A stretch of 63,766 bases of DNA, counting the filler, from Reticulomyxa filosa (taxonomy: Eukaryota > Protista > Foraminifera), in assembly GCA_000512085.1 (NCBI GenBank). It is 23 parts of 23 records of this genome, joined end to end, with 100 filler letters (N's around TTAATTAATTAA, not from the genome) between each part and the next. Parts side by side here need not be neighbours in the genome. Positions count along the whole stretch, not along the records: positions 61,080 to 62,495 come from ASPP01014435.1; positions 62,596 to 63,766 come from ASPP01024310.1; 21 more parts are not named here. The stretch is one strand, 5' to 3'. Position numbers and translations under genes: made by a program. This document shows positions 61,134 to 63,766 of the stretch, piece after piece. A model generated the notes under the pieces. The model had not been told where the DNA came from. It saw nothing but the letters and a program-made list of their open reading frames with translations, and ran no database searches. The number at the start of each line of letters is the position of its first letter. Positions within the stretch are counted from its first letter, which is position 1.

Positions 61134-61917
61134 TTGGGAAAAAGAGAGACAGGTAACGAAAACGATCCAAAGGCATTTGTGCCAGCACAAGCAGAGAATA
61201 TGTATTGGTTGTATGGACGCATATTGTGCGAAATGCAGCAATATGACCTGAGTGAGAAATACCTCTGCAAGGCCATAGAAATGCGAAATGACGATCCCGG
61301 ATACATAGTGGACTACATGCTGTTGCTTGCCCAGTCCGAGCGTTATGAAGAGGCCTTGCTTCAATATGTGAAGGCACGCACGTTGATGTGTGACGAGGAG
61401 AACCTCATGATTGGAGTTGAGGAAGAAGAAGAAGAAGAAGAGGAAGAAGTGGCTGATGATAATGATGATGAGAATAACAGTGATGACGACAATGATAATA
61501 ATGATAATAATGATAACGACGACAATGACGACAATGACGACAATGACGATGACAACATCACCGACGAGTCCTCTTTGTCTCGACCACCACAGCGACAGCA
61601 CTCACGTCAATCAGAAAGAAAAAGAAGAGGATGAGGAAGAAGAAGAAGAAGAAGAAGAAGAAGAAGAAGAAGAGAACAAAAGGGTCGACAGACGGTCTTT
61701 TCGTCAGAGCAATCAAAAAGAGAATGCCAAAAGTGTCAGTAATAAAAAGAAAGTAAGCAACAAACACTTGACAGCAAAACCGGAAAAAAATGATAGGGGA
61801 AGCGACAGCGATCAAGACAATGGACAGTTTGTATTTGTGAGGGGACAATCGTCACAAGAAATTGTCTTCCGTGACGAAGATGAGAATGAAACTCATACTA
61901 TCAATAACAATAACAAC

Positions 61918-61971
<54 letters not shown>

Positions 61972-62394
61972 CACCACGTCCATAACCGCGAAAAAGAGGA
62001 AGAAGAAGAAGAAGAAGAAGAAGAAGAGCAGGTAGAGGAAGAGGAAATAGATGAAGATGAGGTACATGGCAATAACAAAAGAAAAAACGCACGCAATAAC
62101 AGCGGGAAACACAAGGACAGAAACCAAATCAAAACAACGAAATACGACAAGTCCCACGGTATGCAACGCGTCGGCAGCAGCCAAAAAAGCAATAGCAAGC
62201 AAAGCAATAGCAAGCAAAGCAATAGCAAACGAAGCAATAGCAAGCGAAGCAATAGTCAAAAGTACCAATTTTCGTGGGAAAAACTCGATCAGTACAAAGC
62301 CATTCCTTTCCATCGCAAAAATGATTTTAACATGATCTATTTACAATGCATTTATGGTCATTGCTTGTCATGTATGAACCGAATACAGTTTTGA
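61134..62394 (+). CDS. TPR-containing protein with long acidic/Asn low-complexity insert (fragment)
   Basis: TPR-like MYWLYGRILCEMQQYDLSEKYLCKAIEMRNDDPGYIVDYMLLLAQSERYEEALLQY; poly-E, (DDN)n and poly-N tracts; frameshift near 61615. Confidence 0.6.
62188..62262 (+). repeat. 15-bp coding tandem repeat, 5 copies (SNSKQ/SNSKR)
   Basis: AGCAATAGCAAGCAA x2, AGCAATAGCAAACGA, AGCAATAGCAAGCGA, AGCAATAGTCAAAAG. Confidence 0.85.
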
Positions 62395-63766
62395 GTTGTC
62401 ATCACGACATTACAATAAACATATATGCATATATGTATATGTACATATACATATATAACATTTATTACTAGCTTATTGTTGTGTGTGTGTGTGTGNNNNN
62501 NNNNNNNNNNNNNNNNNNNNNNNNNNNNNNNNNNNNNNNTTAATTAATTAANNNNNNNNNNNNNNNNNNNNNNNNNNNNNNNNNNNNNNNNNNNNAGACG
62601 TGCTCTGTATTGGCAGCGAATAACTGAACTTTTTTTTTTTGACTTAAACTTGGCATTGTAAAAAAGCAAAGATGCCACTCTTTTTCGTAAATTGCTTGTT
62701 TGTTGTACTGGCGTGAGCGCGTGAACAAAGTATATGCAAGTACAATAAAGAAACTGACCGATTTTTGAAAGAGCAAAAAGACTCGGAAAAAATATTTCGA
62801 GTCATTTTCACGTAATTAGTAGAAACAAGGTTCCTCTACTTCACTCAGCAGCCCATATTGCAATTTTTATTTATTTAACGGATTTTGTGTATGTATACGT
62901 ATGCACTACACTCCATTCCCCCTTTTCCTCTTGCCTTTGCAAAGCATGATCAAGTTTTAAACGCGCCCCAGAAATATTTTGAAGATAATAAAACAAAGTA
63001 TTGACAATGTTCGAAACACTTGCAAGAGAAAAGTTTTTTTTGACAGAAAAGCACTGTATTTTCTTATTTAACAAATTCGGTAATTGCTTGTTCCCTCAAC
63101 ATATATATCCTAAAATCAGCATATTTGTTTTGCTCAAAGACGCCAAGATTGATACGATCTATCCAAACAGACCTGTCCAGACAAAATTTATTGAATCCTA
63201 AAACCAAAAGAACATTCGATCTTGCTTTGAAAAAGTGGTTTGTTCATGGGCTTGACTGATTTTTTTAAACAAAAAAAGGACTATTGGAAAGACATTTTCA
63301 AACTGATTGAAAAAGTTCTTTAAACGTTAATTCTTTTTTTTTACCATTTTTGGAAAAGATGAAAGTAGTGTGGATTATGTTAATTGTTTTGATTTTGTTT
63401 AAAAAAAGTGGGATAGATGTACAACAAAAGATCCAACTCAAAGGAAAACGCTTTAAATATACCTTTTTAAGCATTTAATGAAAAATAACATGTTTAAAAT
63501 TAGAACGAACATATGCAAAAAAAATTCTCCAATTTTATCTTTTTTTAAAAAAAAACTAGATAAAAAATTAGATTGAAATATACTCTTTTAAGAACGAATT
63601 ATTTGTGTTTTCAATAAAAACTTGACCTTGTTTGAAAAATTTAACTTAAAACAAAAAGTTCTTACTCCTACTTGTACAAAAAAAAGGGGAAAAAAAGTTT
63701 AATCATGTTAATCTTGCAAGCAGAAGAAGGCGAAACAGTAAAAGTAAAAAGCTTAACAACTTTCTC

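Noticed and set aside
593-62394. Stop-codon reassignment (alternative genetic code)
   Set aside because: Conserved genes end at ordinary stops and long exons have no in-frame stops. Breaks are frameshifts or introns.
1813-62595. Regularly recurring TTAATTAATTAA palindrome (CRISPR-like repeat, IES boundary or telomere-like signal?)
   Set aside because: Always flanked by exactly 44 N on each side, so it is a synthetic six-frame-stop linker. ORFs ending in X-runs or 'LIN' are artefacts.

Overview
This window is not one locus. It is 23 short contigs joined by 22 artificial 100-bp spacers (44 N + TTAATTAATTAA + 44 N, a six-frame stop), so adjacency across a spacer means nothing. The DNA is AT-rich, intron-containing eukaryotic nuclear sequence. 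The expanded WD40, TRAF-type RING, CUE-PUB and HEAT families, plus low-complexity N/Q/E tracts, resemble what I recall of the foraminiferan Reticulomyxa filosa (inference). Recognisable genes, mostly partial: inositol polyphosphate 5-phosphatase, WDR6-like protein, serpin, ELAV-like RRM protein, 2-oxoglutarate dehydrogenase E1, kinesin-8, histone H2A.X with a perfect histone 3' stem-loop, CML21-like EF-hand protein, ABCA transporter, peroxisomal-type citrate synthase, a VPS9-START fusion, ankyrin and TPR proteins, and several decayed non-LTR retrotransposons. The best candidate for a new system is a ~6.7-kb, apparently intronless gene (35397-42142). It joins ankyrin repeats, a degenerate chlamydial-type DUF294 nucleotidyltransferase, a PI3/4-kinase/HipA-like kinase, LRRs and a HEAT repeat. 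Also notable is an atypical splice code (GTT donors, poly-A acceptors, T-run/A-run introns). About 10 single-base frameshifts occur at homopolymers and are most likely sequencing errors.
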